A stretch of DNA of 64,000 nt, taken from positions 831 to 64,830 of the forward strand of contig DMES01000037.1 in NCBI GenBank assembly GCA_003450815.1. Reading direction: 5' to 3'. Below are positions 26,974 to 35,516 of the stretch, piece by piece. The DNA comes from Elusimicrobiota bacterium (GTDB lineage: Bacteria > Elusimicrobiota > Elusimicrobia > Elusimicrobiales > UBA9959). How positions within the stretch are numbered: position 1 is the stretch's first letter; every line of letters begins with the position of its first letter. The position numbers were made by a program, and so were the translations under genes. The notes beneath the pieces are model-generated. The model was not told where the DNA came from, did not search any database, and saw nothing but the letters and a program-made list of their open reading frames with translations.

Positions 26974-27930
26974 TCAAAATTTGTTTCCGTCCCAGCCTGT
27001 CATTTTTTCAATAAAACAGGCCCGGGCGTCTTTGTGCGGAAGTGTTGTGGAAAACTTTTCCACCAGGTCAAGCATTGCGCGCAATTCCCGCACCTTTTTT
27101 ATTTTTATTTCACTCGCGTCCTGGCGGGTGCCGTATTTAAGGTAATTAACTCCCGCCGAAAAAAAATCAAAAAAAGAGGCGGCATTGGCCATTCTGGGCG
27201 CTCCGCCGCAGCCGAGCCTGACCGAGAGGCGTTTCATTACAGGGCCAAGACGCGGTTTCCAAGCCGGGTCCGTTTCAATACAACTGAGCGCCGGCAGTTT
27301 TTCAGCTTTGACATTCAGGCGGCACATGGAGCCGTCACGGATGGCGATATTTGGGGTGTAATGATCGGGGAAGTGCAGGTGGCAGCGGCCGTTCAGGTAA
27401 GCGCAGCCGAAAAAGCGGTAATCAAAAATTTCCGTTTCAACTTTGCGCGCGCGGCAAAGCTTTATGATTTCACGCGCTTCAAAAGGGGCCAGTTGATTCG
27501 GGAGTATCAGCCTTGAAACGCCCAGTTTTATAAAAAAACCGGCTGTCAGGCTGTTGAAACACGGTTGCACCGAACTAAGGTGCAGTTTAGCGCGCAACTG
27601 CGGCTTAAGTTTTGACAACAGGCTGAACATGGAGGGGCTTGCGGTTATAAACGCGTCCACGCCGGACGCGTCCGCCGCGGCCAGGCGTTTCAGCAGACCG
27701 GCTTCCTGTTTAAGTGTAAATTCGGGCGCTATGCCGTTAACCGCAAGTGAAAGTTTCATGCCCAGGCCATGTGCCGCGCGGACGGCGGTTTTAAGCGGAC
27801 CGATGCCAGTGAGAGCGGCGGGTTTACCGAAGTGAGGCAGAGTGGCGACGGCACAGTAAAGCTCGTCCGCCCCGGCTTGGGCCAAAGGCTTGATTTCTTC
27901 CAGATATGAAAAGCAGGAGACTATTTTCAT
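26974..27930 (-). CDS. peptidase-U32-family protein (RlhA/TrhP/UbiU-type fold)
   Basis: 318 aa. Has AGADELYC.., ..GVDAFITASP, ..RLILPNQLAPFEAREI, and the Cys cluster FFGCAYLNGRCH..MCRL. Confidence 0.7.
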   Translation of the reverse strand: MKIVSCFSYLEEIKPLAQAGADELYCAVATLPHFGKPAALTGIGPLKTAVRAAHGLGMKLSLAVNGIAPEFTLKQEAGLLKRLAAADASGVDAFITASPSMFSLLSKLKPQLRAKLHLSSVQPCFNSLTAGFFIKLGVSRLILPNQLAPFEAREIIKLCRARKVETEIFDYRFFGCAYLNGRCHLHFPDHYTPNIAIRDGSMCRLNVKAEKLPALSCIETDPAWKPRLGPVMKRLSVRLGCGGAPRMANAASFFDFFSAGVNYLKYGTRQDASEIKIKKVRELRAMLDLVEKFSTTLPHKDARACFIEKMTGWDGNKF

Positions 27931-28033
27931 ATGGAGAGATTGCAGTGATAAAACAACGATTGCGGTGATATGGCGGAGATCATAGTAATTTCTTAATCGC
28001 TGTCATCGCTTCCCCTATCACCGTAAGCTCCTC

Positions 28034-28954
28034 TTAAAATCTTTCGGGAGTTATGGAGAAAAGGTCTTTTTGTGAGGCCTTGAGTTCTCCGCCGCCGTGA
28101 ACTTTCAGGTAATCAGGCCTGGCCCCGCAGCACGCGGGCTTAAGGCTGCAGCGCGAACAGGCGGGCCGGCGCGCCTTTGGGGCTATGCCGTCTTCAAGCA
28201 CCCTGTCGCCGCGGCGCCAGCGCTGGAATTCAAAGGAAAACCCCTCAAATTTTTCCAGCGCGCAAAGCGGCATATTCTGCACCACCGCCTTGCGGCCTTT
28301 GAGCTTGAGGTTTGCGAGTGCCAGTTTGATAAACGGTGAAACCTGCGTATAGCGCGGCACTATTCCAGGGGCTTTGAGGGCTCTGCCTTTATTGCGCACA
28401 AAAGTAAAATTTACAAATGCGGCGCGCGGAAAATTTGCCGCCGTCCAGAGCGCGAACTCGGGCAGCTGGCGATAGTTTTCGCTTGAGATGATGTGGAAAA
28501 ACCGCAGCTTTTCCTCGGCGCCGGCGGCTTTAATGTTAGCAAGGCCTTTAAGGGCCATCTGGAATTTTATGCTGCGCGTTACTTTTGCGTAAATTTCAGC
28601 GCGGTGGGAGGGGAAGTTTACGGTAAAAAAATCGATATCAGCGGCCGCTTTCCGGCAAAAAGCGCGATCTGAGAGCGCCACGGCGTTTGTGGAAAGCATG
28701 AAATTTTTTACCCCCGCGGCTTTAAGCGCCTTTATCCAGTTAAAAAAATCCGTGCCGGCGGTGGGTTCGCCTCCGCCTTCAAGGCTTACGGCTTTCACCC
28801 CCGCGGTTTTTATCAGGGCGGCTGTTTTCAGGGGATCTTGTCTCTTTCCATCCGGAGGATTATGGCAGTAAAGGCAGTAGAGGTTGCAAGTGTGGGCCAT
28901 GCTGACACAGGCCTGTTCGCTTATCCATTTATTTTTTTGTCCACAGTTCGCCAT
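28034..28954 (-). CDS. radical SAM protein, compact family with C-terminal CX2CX5C
   Basis: 306 aa. Has CNLYCLYC, EGGGEPT, MPLCALEKFEGF, and the C-terminal CSRCSLKPACCGARPDYLKVHGGGEL. It is paralogous to seven genes in the 39.6-52 kb operon. Confidence 0.8.
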   Translation of the reverse strand: MANCGQKNKWISEQACVSMAHTCNLYCLYCHNPPDGKRQDPLKTAALIKTAGVKAVSLEGGGEPTAGTDFFNWIKALKAAGVKNFMLSTNAVALSDRAFCRKAAADIDFFTVNFPSHRAEIYAKVTRSIKFQMALKGLANIKAAGAEEKLRFFHIISSENYRQLPEFALWTAANFPRAAFVNFTFVRNKGRALKAPGIVPRYTQVSPFIKLALANLKLKGRKAVVQNMPLCALEKFEGFSFEFQRWRRGDRVLEDGIAPKARRPACSRCSLKPACCGARPDYLKVHGGGELKASQKDLFSITPERF

Positions 28955-29237
28955 ATTGCCGGGTTCATTATACCATTAAGAATTACCGTTGCGAATTGAA
29001 TAAGTGAACAGGACGAATATGATGATTCGCAGGTTCAATTCGTGATGTCCATTGTCATTCGCTTTGAGTATTGTTTCATTCAGCGGCCCCGGTGACAAGA
29101 CGCTGCTTGCCCCAGACACACCCGGAAAAATAGGTGGGACTTTAGACCCATAATATTATGGGTCTTTTGGCACTTACTTCCCCCAACTCCGCACATTATC
29201 ATATTATGGTGCACAAGCAGTCATAAAGGATAAAACA

Positions 29238-29804
29238 ATGAAAAAAACGAAAGCTGCGCTGCTCTCCCTGTCGGTCGTCTTGTTCTCGTCGGTGTTTTCT
29301 TTTTCCCAGCAGGTAAATGAAATCTCATCTCCTTCTCTGGACAATATCGCGTCCGAGGCGGCCTCCGCTTTCAGTCTGAGCGCAGAGCTCAATGTCCGGG
29401 AAAAACTTTCCGCCGGGCTCCCTCTGCCGCTGCCGGAAAACTCAGACAGGGCCCAGCAGTCGATCACTCCACTCATTGAGGACCCTCTGCGCGTCAAGTG
29501 TATCCTGAAACTCATAAATGATATTTATGCCGGCGTGCACCTGCCGTTCAAAGAGGACGGGCAGATATTTTCGAATAAGGAAAAAATCCTGCCGCCCCAG
29601 GCCGCCGGCTATTATCGTGAATATACGCTTATAGTGCCCACTCAGTATCCCGGCACTGTCGTGGTGGGCGGCGTTACCTACCAGGTCCCTCCGTCTCTGT
29701 CAAAGCGCGGCCCTGAGCGGATGGTTATAGGCGGAGGAAAGACGATTTATTACAGCCCGGACCACTACAAGAGTTTTATAGAAATACAGGTGGTGAATAG
29801 TTGA
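29238..29804 (+). CDS. secreted guanyl-specific ribonuclease (barnase / RNase Sa family)
   Basis: 188 aa. Signal peptide MKKTKAALLSLSVVLFSSVFSFS. The C-terminal domain carries YYREYTL, KRGPERMV and YYSPDHYKSF (catalytic Glu/Arg/His contexts). Confidence 0.8.
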   Translation: MKKTKAALLSLSVVLFSSVFSFSQQVNEISSPSLDNIASEAASAFSLSAELNVREKLSAGLPLPLPENSDRAQQSITPLIEDPLRVKCILKLINDIYAGVHLPFKEDGQIFSNKEKILPPQAAGYYREYTLIVPTQYPGTVVVGGVTYQVPPSLSKRGPERMVIGGGKTIYYSPDHYKSFIEIQVVNS

Positions 29805-30220
29805 TGGAGCCGCCGGCCTTCGCATTAACACAGGAGGCTGTTGTAAAACTTGACGGTCCGGTTGCAAAAGCCGGGGAGGTGGAAAAAATTTTCACCGACC
29901 TCGGCTTTTTCTTTTGCCGGGTTGATTGCGCGGGCCTGGGCGGCAAAGGGGAGTTTATAACGGCCGTGGGAACGGGTTTCGGTTTTAGCGGCGTGGACGC
30001 GCACAATTGGGATTCGCTTGAGGATTCTCTGGGCTCGCTGCCATGTTTCAGAAAAGCCGCCGGTTACGCCGCGGTTCTTTCAAATTTTTCAGGTCTGCCG
30101 CCTGGGGAGCTGGCGCTTTTTGAAGAAGTGGTCCGCGATGCGGCGGCCGCGCTTTGGAGAAATTACTCCCTTCGGCTGAAAGTCGTTTTACTGAAACCCG
30201 AAAAATCCAGCCGGAAATAA
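29804..30220 (+). CDS. barstar-family ribonuclease inhibitor
   Basis: Its ATG overlaps the RNase stop (TGATG). HNWDSLEDSLGSL matches the barstar NxDALWDxL core. Its position is that of an immunity gene. Confidence 0.7.
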   Translation: MEPPAFALTQEAVVKLDGPVAKAGEVEKIFTDLGFFFCRVDCAGLGGKGEFITAVGTGFGFSGVDAHNWDSLEDSLGSLPCFRKAAGYAAVLSNFSGLPPGELALFEEVVRDAAAALWRNYSLRLKVVLLKPEKSSRK

Positions 30221-30261
30221 ATTTCCCGGGCTGGGCTTGATGATTTACCGGATTGTTGTGG

Positions 30262-30397
30262 GTAAATATTCGGTGACCTTGTGTATCTTACACTGACCCT
30301 TGTTCGGTGTGTAGTGGCAGAGCTTGCTCTGCCAGCGGAAGAGGCAAAGCAAGCTTTGCCACTACAAGGGCAAATGACGGGTTCACCGAATATTTAC
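30262..30397. repeat. nested long palindrome (family P3)
   Basis: Outer arms are GTAAATATTCGGTGACC and GGGTTCACCGAATATTTAC. Inner arms are GTAGTGGCAGAGCTTGCTCTGCC (30311-30333) and GGCAAAGCAAGCTTTGCCACTAC (30343-30365). Each inner arm is itself a hairpin. Confidence 0.8.
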
Positions 30398-30464
30398 TGT
30401 TGTGGTGTGGGGCACAATTCAATAAACAAGTGTGAATTTTTCTATAGGCGGACAAGGAAATACC

Positions 30465-31274
30465 ATGGTTGCTGAACTTAAACACAGGCAGTTATTGAGA
30501 AAAATTTTTTTCGCCGCTTTGCTGATCACCGCGACCGGTTCATTGAAAGCTGTTGAAAGTGTGCGCTTTAAAACAGCCGATGACTGCCTTGTTGCCGCCT
30601 CTTACCAGGCGCCGGCCAGGGGCGGGATGGTTTTTGTCAATGTGCACGGCCTTGGGTCTAATAAAGGCGAATGGGCCCCATTTGAAAAAGTCCTTAAAGC
30701 GCGGGGGGTGGGCTGGCTGACGCTTGATCTGAGGGGGCATGGGCAAAGTGTTGAGTGTGCGGGTAAGAAAGCTGACTACCGGTTTTTTAGCGCTGAAGCC
30801 TGGAACTCGGCTGCCAAAGACATTGTTGCCGCGTCCGGGTATCTGAAAAAAAGGAAGATTCCCGCTTCAAGAACGGCGCTTTGCGGCGCGAGCGTAGGGG
30901 CGAATCTGGTTTTGAAAGCGGCGGTTGATCACTCACTTAAACCTGCCGCTGTAATAATGCTTTCCCCGGGTCTTATTTACGCAGGTGTCGGTATTGAGGA
31001 GTATTTCACGCGGCCGGGGCCTTTCCCCTTGTTGTTGGTGGCATCACCTGACGATTCTTATGCCTGGCAAAGCTCCAAGCGTCTTTTTGAAGCGGCAAAC
31101 TCCCAAAAGCTCTCCGCCAAACAAGCCAGTGTCACTGGCGGAGAAGTCATTTTCAGGCAAGGTGTTTCAGGTCACGGAGTCAATATGTTTTCAGGCTCCG
31201 GAAAGCACTTAATGGAAGAAATTGCTGTTTGGGCCGCGGGCAATCAAGCTGTGGCGGCGGGAAGACAGAACTGA
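30465..31274 (+). CDS. alpha/beta-fold hydrolase with signal/anchor sequence
   Basis: AAGGA is upstream of ATG 30465. Has VNVHGLGSNKGEW, nucleophile elbow GASVGA, and a late His (VSGHGV). Confidence 0.7.
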   Translation: MVAELKHRQLLRKIFFAALLITATGSLKAVESVRFKTADDCLVAASYQAPARGGMVFVNVHGLGSNKGEWAPFEKVLKARGVGWLTLDLRGHGQSVECAGKKADYRFFSAEAWNSAAKDIVAASGYLKKRKIPASRTALCGASVGANLVLKAAVDHSLKPAAVIMLSPGLIYAGVGIEEYFTRPGPFPLLLVASPDDSYAWQSSKRLFEAANSQKLSAKQASVTGGEVIFRQGVSGHGVNMFSGSGKHLMEEIAVWAAGNQAVAAGRQN

Positions 31275-31481
31275 AGCGCTGAAGGCTGTGGTTACCGGAT
31301 TTTAGTACCATCCGACACCCCAGTTCTGACCTTGGTTTCCTTTTGATTTCCCCTGCTAACTTCCCCTTGTAAAATACGCCTTTATATATTAGACTATTAA
31401 AGCGCGCTGTGACCCGCATGGAAAAATCTGTACGGGTGGTTTTTTTGTTGAACTTTCCCCTGATAACAACAGGGGGACTTT

Positions 31482-32252
31482 ATGGCAAATAGAAAATTTG
31501 TGATTTTAAGACTTAAACTAACCAGAAAGAGCTGTCTTTTCGCCCTGACGCTCGCTTTCCTGTGTTTTCATCCGCGGCCACTTGGGTCGGAAACATTGAC
31601 GCTTACCACTTACTATCCGGCCCCTTATGGCGCCTATATCAGCCTGCTTACCACCCAGCAGACCCTGCTTGCCCGCGACGGCAGCAGCGTGGGTATAGGG
31701 ACATCGGGGCCTGTTCCCGCTAATATAAAGCTTTCGGTCCATTCCGGAACTACCCAAGGGAATATCTCAATCAGCGGCGTATCAGACAACGGCGCCACTT
31801 ATTCAAGTTTAACTCTAAATGACAATAATTTGGACAACAGGATAAATGCATGGGGGCTTGCCCATAAAAGGGCTCTTGGAACTGTGGAGGATAATGACTT
31901 CCAGATAGTGAGATGTAGAGGGGCTTGTGCGACACGTATGGATTTAGCTATTGACAATACCACCGGCAACGTCGGAATACAAACAAACAATCCAGCGTAT
32001 AAGTTCGATGTGTCAGGCGATGCCAGGGTGACTGGCGCCCTCAGAAGTCAGTGCACTGTCGTATGGTACTCCGGCACGACGTACTGCCCCGCCACCTATT
32101 CTTTTATGAGCAATTTGGGCGGTGGAGCCAGTTGCATTTCCGGTGGGCAATTGTTCCTTGGCGGAAATGTTAATACCCCGACTAGCTGGGTGCCGCATAG
32201 AGAAGAGAATTGTACCGGCAATATGCTTTGCTGCAGAGTACAAACAAACTAA
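31482..32252 (+). CDS. secreted/anchored protein with tail-fibre-like GNVGIxTNNP motif and Cys-rich C-terminus (paralogue 1)
   Basis: 256 aa. Has a hydrophobic N-terminus, TLTTYYPAPYGAY, IDNTTGNVGIQTNNPAYKFDVSGDARVTG, and 6 Cys in the last ~70 aa. Confidence 0.7.
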   Translation: MANRKFVILRLKLTRKSCLFALTLAFLCFHPRPLGSETLTLTTYYPAPYGAYISLLTTQQTLLARDGSSVGIGTSGPVPANIKLSVHSGTTQGNISISGVSDNGATYSSLTLNDNNLDNRINAWGLAHKRALGTVEDNDFQIVRCRGACATRMDLAIDNTTGNVGIQTNNPAYKFDVSGDARVTGALRSQCTVVWYSGTTYCPATYSFMSNLGGGASCISGGQLFLGGNVNTPTSWVPHREENCTGNMLCCRVQTN

Positions 32253-32312
32253 ACTGGCTTAAATGTAGGGGGGTTGTTATTGAGCTTTTCCCCGGCAATG
32301 ATAGGGGGCTTT

Positions 32313-33080
32313 ATGGAAAATGAACCATTTATAGTTTTAGAACTTGAATTGACCAGAAAGCGCTGCCTTTTCGCCCTGACGCTCGCTTTTCTGTGTTTCC
32401 ACCCGCGTCCGCTTGGGTCGGAAACACTGACGCTTACCACTTACTATCCGGCCCCTTACGGCGCCTATGTAAGCCTGCTTACCACCCAGCAGACCCTGCT
32501 GGCCCGCGACGGCGGCAGTGTGGGCATCGGGACATCGGGGCCTCTACCAGCGAATGTAAAGCTTTCGGTCCATTCCGGAACTACCCAAGGGAATATCTCT
32601 ATCAGCGGCGTATCAGATAGCGGCGCCACTTATTCAAGTTTGCAGTTGAATGACAATAATCTGGCAAGCACAAATGCCTGGGGAATTGCACATAAAAAGG
32701 CCCTTGGCACTGTGGAGGATAATGATTTTCAGATAGTAAAAGTTAATAATGGTGTCGCAACAGCTGCCAGACTTGCCATTGATAATACCACCGGCAATGT
32801 CGGTATAGGTACAAACAATCCATTGTATAGGTTCGATGTGTCAGGCGATGCCAGGGTGACTGGCGCCCTCAGAAGTCACTGCACTGTCGTATGGTACTCC
32901 GGCACGGCGTACTGCCCCGCCACCTACTCTTTTATGGGCAACCTGGGCGGCGGAGCCAGTTGTATTTCTGGCGGGCAATTGTTCCTTGGAGGAAATATTA
33001 ATTCCCCGACCAGATGGGTGCCGCATAGAGAAGAGAATTGTACCGGCAATATGCTTTGCTGCAGGATGCAAATAAATTGA
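32313..33080 (+). CDS. paralogue 2 of the tail-fibre-motif protein
   Basis: The start at ATG 32313 (MENEPF..) is placed by alignment with paralogue 1 and the AGGGGG SD. The N- and C-terminal thirds are near-identical to 31482..32252, while the middle diverges. Confidence 0.7.
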   Translation: MENEPFIVLELELTRKRCLFALTLAFLCFHPRPLGSETLTLTTYYPAPYGAYVSLLTTQQTLLARDGGSVGIGTSGPLPANVKLSVHSGTTQGNISISGVSDSGATYSSLQLNDNNLASTNAWGIAHKKALGTVEDNDFQIVKVNNGVATAARLAIDNTTGNVGIGTNNPLYRFDVSGDARVTGALRSHCTVVWYSGTAYCPATYSFMGNLGGGASCISGGQLFLGGNINSPTRWVPHREENCTGNMLCCRMQIN

Positions 33081-33296
33081 AAGCGTGCCAATGAAGAAAG
33101 ATGTATAAACTTGTTACTGCCAATAAAACAGAATATCGAAAACACCAGGTGTGGCGCCGCCGTGATTTGCCCTTGGTTGCCCTGGCAACTCCTGCCGCTT
33201 TGTGTTTTGAGTCGGGTTGCAAGGAAATATCCTCTGCGAGAAAGCATACAAGGTAACAGGAGCGCTCATAAGATTTAGTAGAGGAGGAACGCGACA

Positions 33297-33785
33297 TTGA
33301 AAGAAAAAATATCAGTCAGCGTAAGTTTAAAAAGCTATAAGGCCGATACTATCCGCTACGCGGCTTATGCGGTGAGCGGGGGGGCCTATGTTTTGCTCGG
33401 GCCGGGAAAAAAAGGGGAAGTGGAGGCGGCTTTTGAACCCAAGCCGAATGCGTCCGCAAAATATCGCGCCGGCCTTCAGAAGCTTTTTGAGTCGGAGTTG
33501 AGGGACGAAAAAATGCGTTCTGAAATAGCTGATGCCAACAGGGAACTAAGGGAATTTATGGTTCTTAAAGCTCTTTCTGCCGCCGACGACGCGGGAACTC
33601 AGGCAGGCGATTATGCCGGGCTTACCCCCGCCCAGGAAAAGGAATTGGACGCGCTTATTGCCGAGGTTGAGCGCGAAATAAAAACCGAAACCGCCGGCAA
33701 AGAGCGTAAAGATCCGCTTGGCATAACCAAAACATGGGAAGAAAAACATGGCTCAGAACCTTTTAAAAATAAAAACAAAAAATAG
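33297..33785 (+). CDS. HxsD-like small protein with charged C-terminal extension
   Basis: TTG start with GAGGAGGA 9 nt upstream. The N-terminus ISVSVSLKSYKADTIRYAAYAVSGGAYVLL parallels 35196..35516. It overlaps the following HxsB-like gene by 38 nt. Confidence 0.55.
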   Translation: MKEKISVSVSLKSYKADTIRYAAYAVSGGAYVLLGPGKKGEVEAAFEPKPNASAKYRAGLQKLFESELRDEKMRSEIADANRELREFMVLKALSAADDAGTQAGDYAGLTPAQEKELDALIAEVEREIKTETAGKERKDPLGITKTWEEKHGSEPFKNKNKK

Positions 33786-35211
33786 TGTCGCGCAAACCAA
33801 TCCGCCGCATTTTTATTGGCGGGAAGTAGACGGGGCTTACCTCATAAGCAATGATTCCGGCTGCCATGCGTGGCTGGACGCGGCGGCTTTTAAGCGCTTT
33901 TCCGCCGGCACGCTCAGGGAAAAAGACAAAGCCTTTGAGGAGCTTTCTTCAAAAGGTTTTATCAGAGACAGGCTGGATTTCGCGGATTTGGCCGCAAAAT
34001 GGAAGAGCAAAAATTCCCACCTGTCCTGCGGGCCGGGGCTGCATATTTTTGTAATGACGCTGCGGTGTGACCATAAGTGCCTTTATTGCCAGTCAGGGGC
34101 CATAAGCCTGAGCGCCAAAGGCGCGGATATGAAATGGCCCGCGGCCAAAAAAAGCGTGGATTTCGCATTTCAGACCACCGCTCCCGGCCTGACTATTGAG
34201 TTTCAGGGCGGCGAGCCGCTGCTTAACTGGGCGGTCCTTAAAAAAACCGTTTCCTACGCCAGGAAAAAAGAAAAGCTTTCGGGTAAACGCCTTAATCTTG
34301 GCCTTGTTTCAAATTTCAGCCGGATGACCGAAGGGTATGCCCGGTTTCTGCTTGAAAACGAGGTTTCCCTCTGCACCTCGCTTGACGGCCCGGCTGACCT
34401 GCACAACAGAAACAGAATTTGCTCCGGCGGCAATGCCCACGTGTCGGTACGCAAATGGCTAAGGTATTTCACGCGCAGGAACACCGGGCAGGGAGCCGGG
34501 TACAGGATTTTCAAGCCCAGCGCTCTGCTTACGGTCACCAAGTTTTCGCTGGGCCGTGCGCCCGAGATAATTGATGAATATGCCGGGCTTGGGCTTGAGG
34601 ATGTCTTTATACGGCCGCTTTCGCCAATCGGTTACGCTAAAAACAGCTGGAGCGCCATAGGCTATACGGCCGCGGATTTTGTGGCTTTCTACAAAGAAAG
34701 TCTTGGATATATACTGAAACTGAACCGTAAGGGCGCCGTTATAAGGGAAAAAATGGCCGCCATGCTCCTTGAAAAGATAATCGGTTTCAGTGACCCCGGG
34801 TATCTGGACATGCGGTGTCCCTGCGGCGCCGCGGTGGGGCAGATAGCTTACAACTACAACGGAGATCTTTACACCTGCGATGAGGGCCGCATGGCGGCCT
34901 GGGAGGGGGACGATCTTTTTAAAATAGGCAATGTGTTCAGGGACAGTTATAAAAAAGCCGTTTCCTGCTCCACCGCCAGGTCATGCGTGGCCGCTTCCGA
35001 GCTGCATTTACAGCCGGCGTGCTCAAGGTGCGCTTACAGCCCTTATTGCGGTGTTTGCCCCGTGTATAACTACGAAGCGCAGGGCTCGTTGTGGGGCAAT
35101 ATGCCCGCAAACGAGAGATGCGCTTTCATGAAAGGCATATTCGGTATTCTGTTTTCCAAACTAAAAAATTCCAAAGACAGGGAGATACTGCAAAAATGGG
35201 TGAAAAAGTGA
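33748..35211 (+). CDS. radical SAM/SPASM peptide maturase, HxsB-like (copy 1)
   Basis: 487 aa. It has an ~100-aa N-terminal extension (..YLISNDSGCHAWLDAAAFKRF..), CDHKCLYC, EFQGGEPLLN, and a SPASM-type C-terminus CPCGAA..YNYNGDLYTCDEG..ACSRCAYSPYCGVCPVYN. Confidence 0.7.
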   Translation: MAQNLLKIKTKNSVAQTNPPHFYWREVDGAYLISNDSGCHAWLDAAAFKRFSAGTLREKDKAFEELSSKGFIRDRLDFADLAAKWKSKNSHLSCGPGLHIFVMTLRCDHKCLYCQSGAISLSAKGADMKWPAAKKSVDFAFQTTAPGLTIEFQGGEPLLNWAVLKKTVSYARKKEKLSGKRLNLGLVSNFSRMTEGYARFLLENEVSLCTSLDGPADLHNRNRICSGGNAHVSVRKWLRYFTRRNTGQGAGYRIFKPSALLTVTKFSLGRAPEIIDEYAGLGLEDVFIRPLSPIGYAKNSWSAIGYTAADFVAFYKESLGYILKLNRKGAVIREKMAAMLLEKIIGFSDPGYLDMRCPCGAAVGQIAYNYNGDLYTCDEGRMAAWEGDDLFKIGNVFRDSYKKAVSCSTARSCVAASELHLQPACSRCAYSPYCGVCPVYNYEAQGSLWGNMPANERCAFMKGIFGILFSKLKNSKDREILQKWVKK

Positions 35212-35516
35212 AAAGTCATTCGCGTAGAATTATGTTCTCTAAACAAATATACGCGGCCGAAGCGGTTAAACTTGCGGCTTATGTTTTTTCAGACAAAGCC
35301 GATATAAAATTAGCATCCTCCGCCGGCGGCGTCGAGGCTGAAGTGTCCTGGGAAGGGAAGGATTGCGCGGTCGCCGGAGAATTTGCGAACGAGGTTCTTA
35401 ACCAGCAATGCCGGCTTGATCTGGCCGTGAAAAATGGAAAGGTCGCAAACATGATAGTTACCAAGGCCTTGCTTTCCGCTTCCGGTGAAACAGTGAAAAA
35501 GAGGGGGAAACAGTGA
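35196..35516 (+). CDS. HxsD-like small protein (copy 2)
   Basis: About 106 aa. ..FSKQIYAAEAVKLAAYVFSDKADIKL.. resembles 33297..33785. It overlaps the upstream stop. The start is uncertain (35196, 35208 or 35232). Confidence 0.5.
   Translation: MGEKVKSHSRRIMFSKQIYAAEAVKLAAYVFSDKADIKLASSAGGVEAEVSWEGKDCAVAGEFANEVLNQQCRLDLAVKNGKVANMIVTKALLSASGETVKKRGKQ

Noticed and set aside
30281-30485. Two overlapping ~65-aa ORFs on opposite strands
   Set aside because: They are translations of the nested palindrome at 30262-30397, and their mirror-image peptides are a repeat artefact. The real gene starts at 30465.
31482-33080. Tail-fibre motif suggested a prophage remnant
   Set aside because: There are no capsid, terminase, integrase, baseplate or lysis genes nearby. 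Both proteins have N-terminal signal/anchor sequences, so I treat them as cellular surface proteins.
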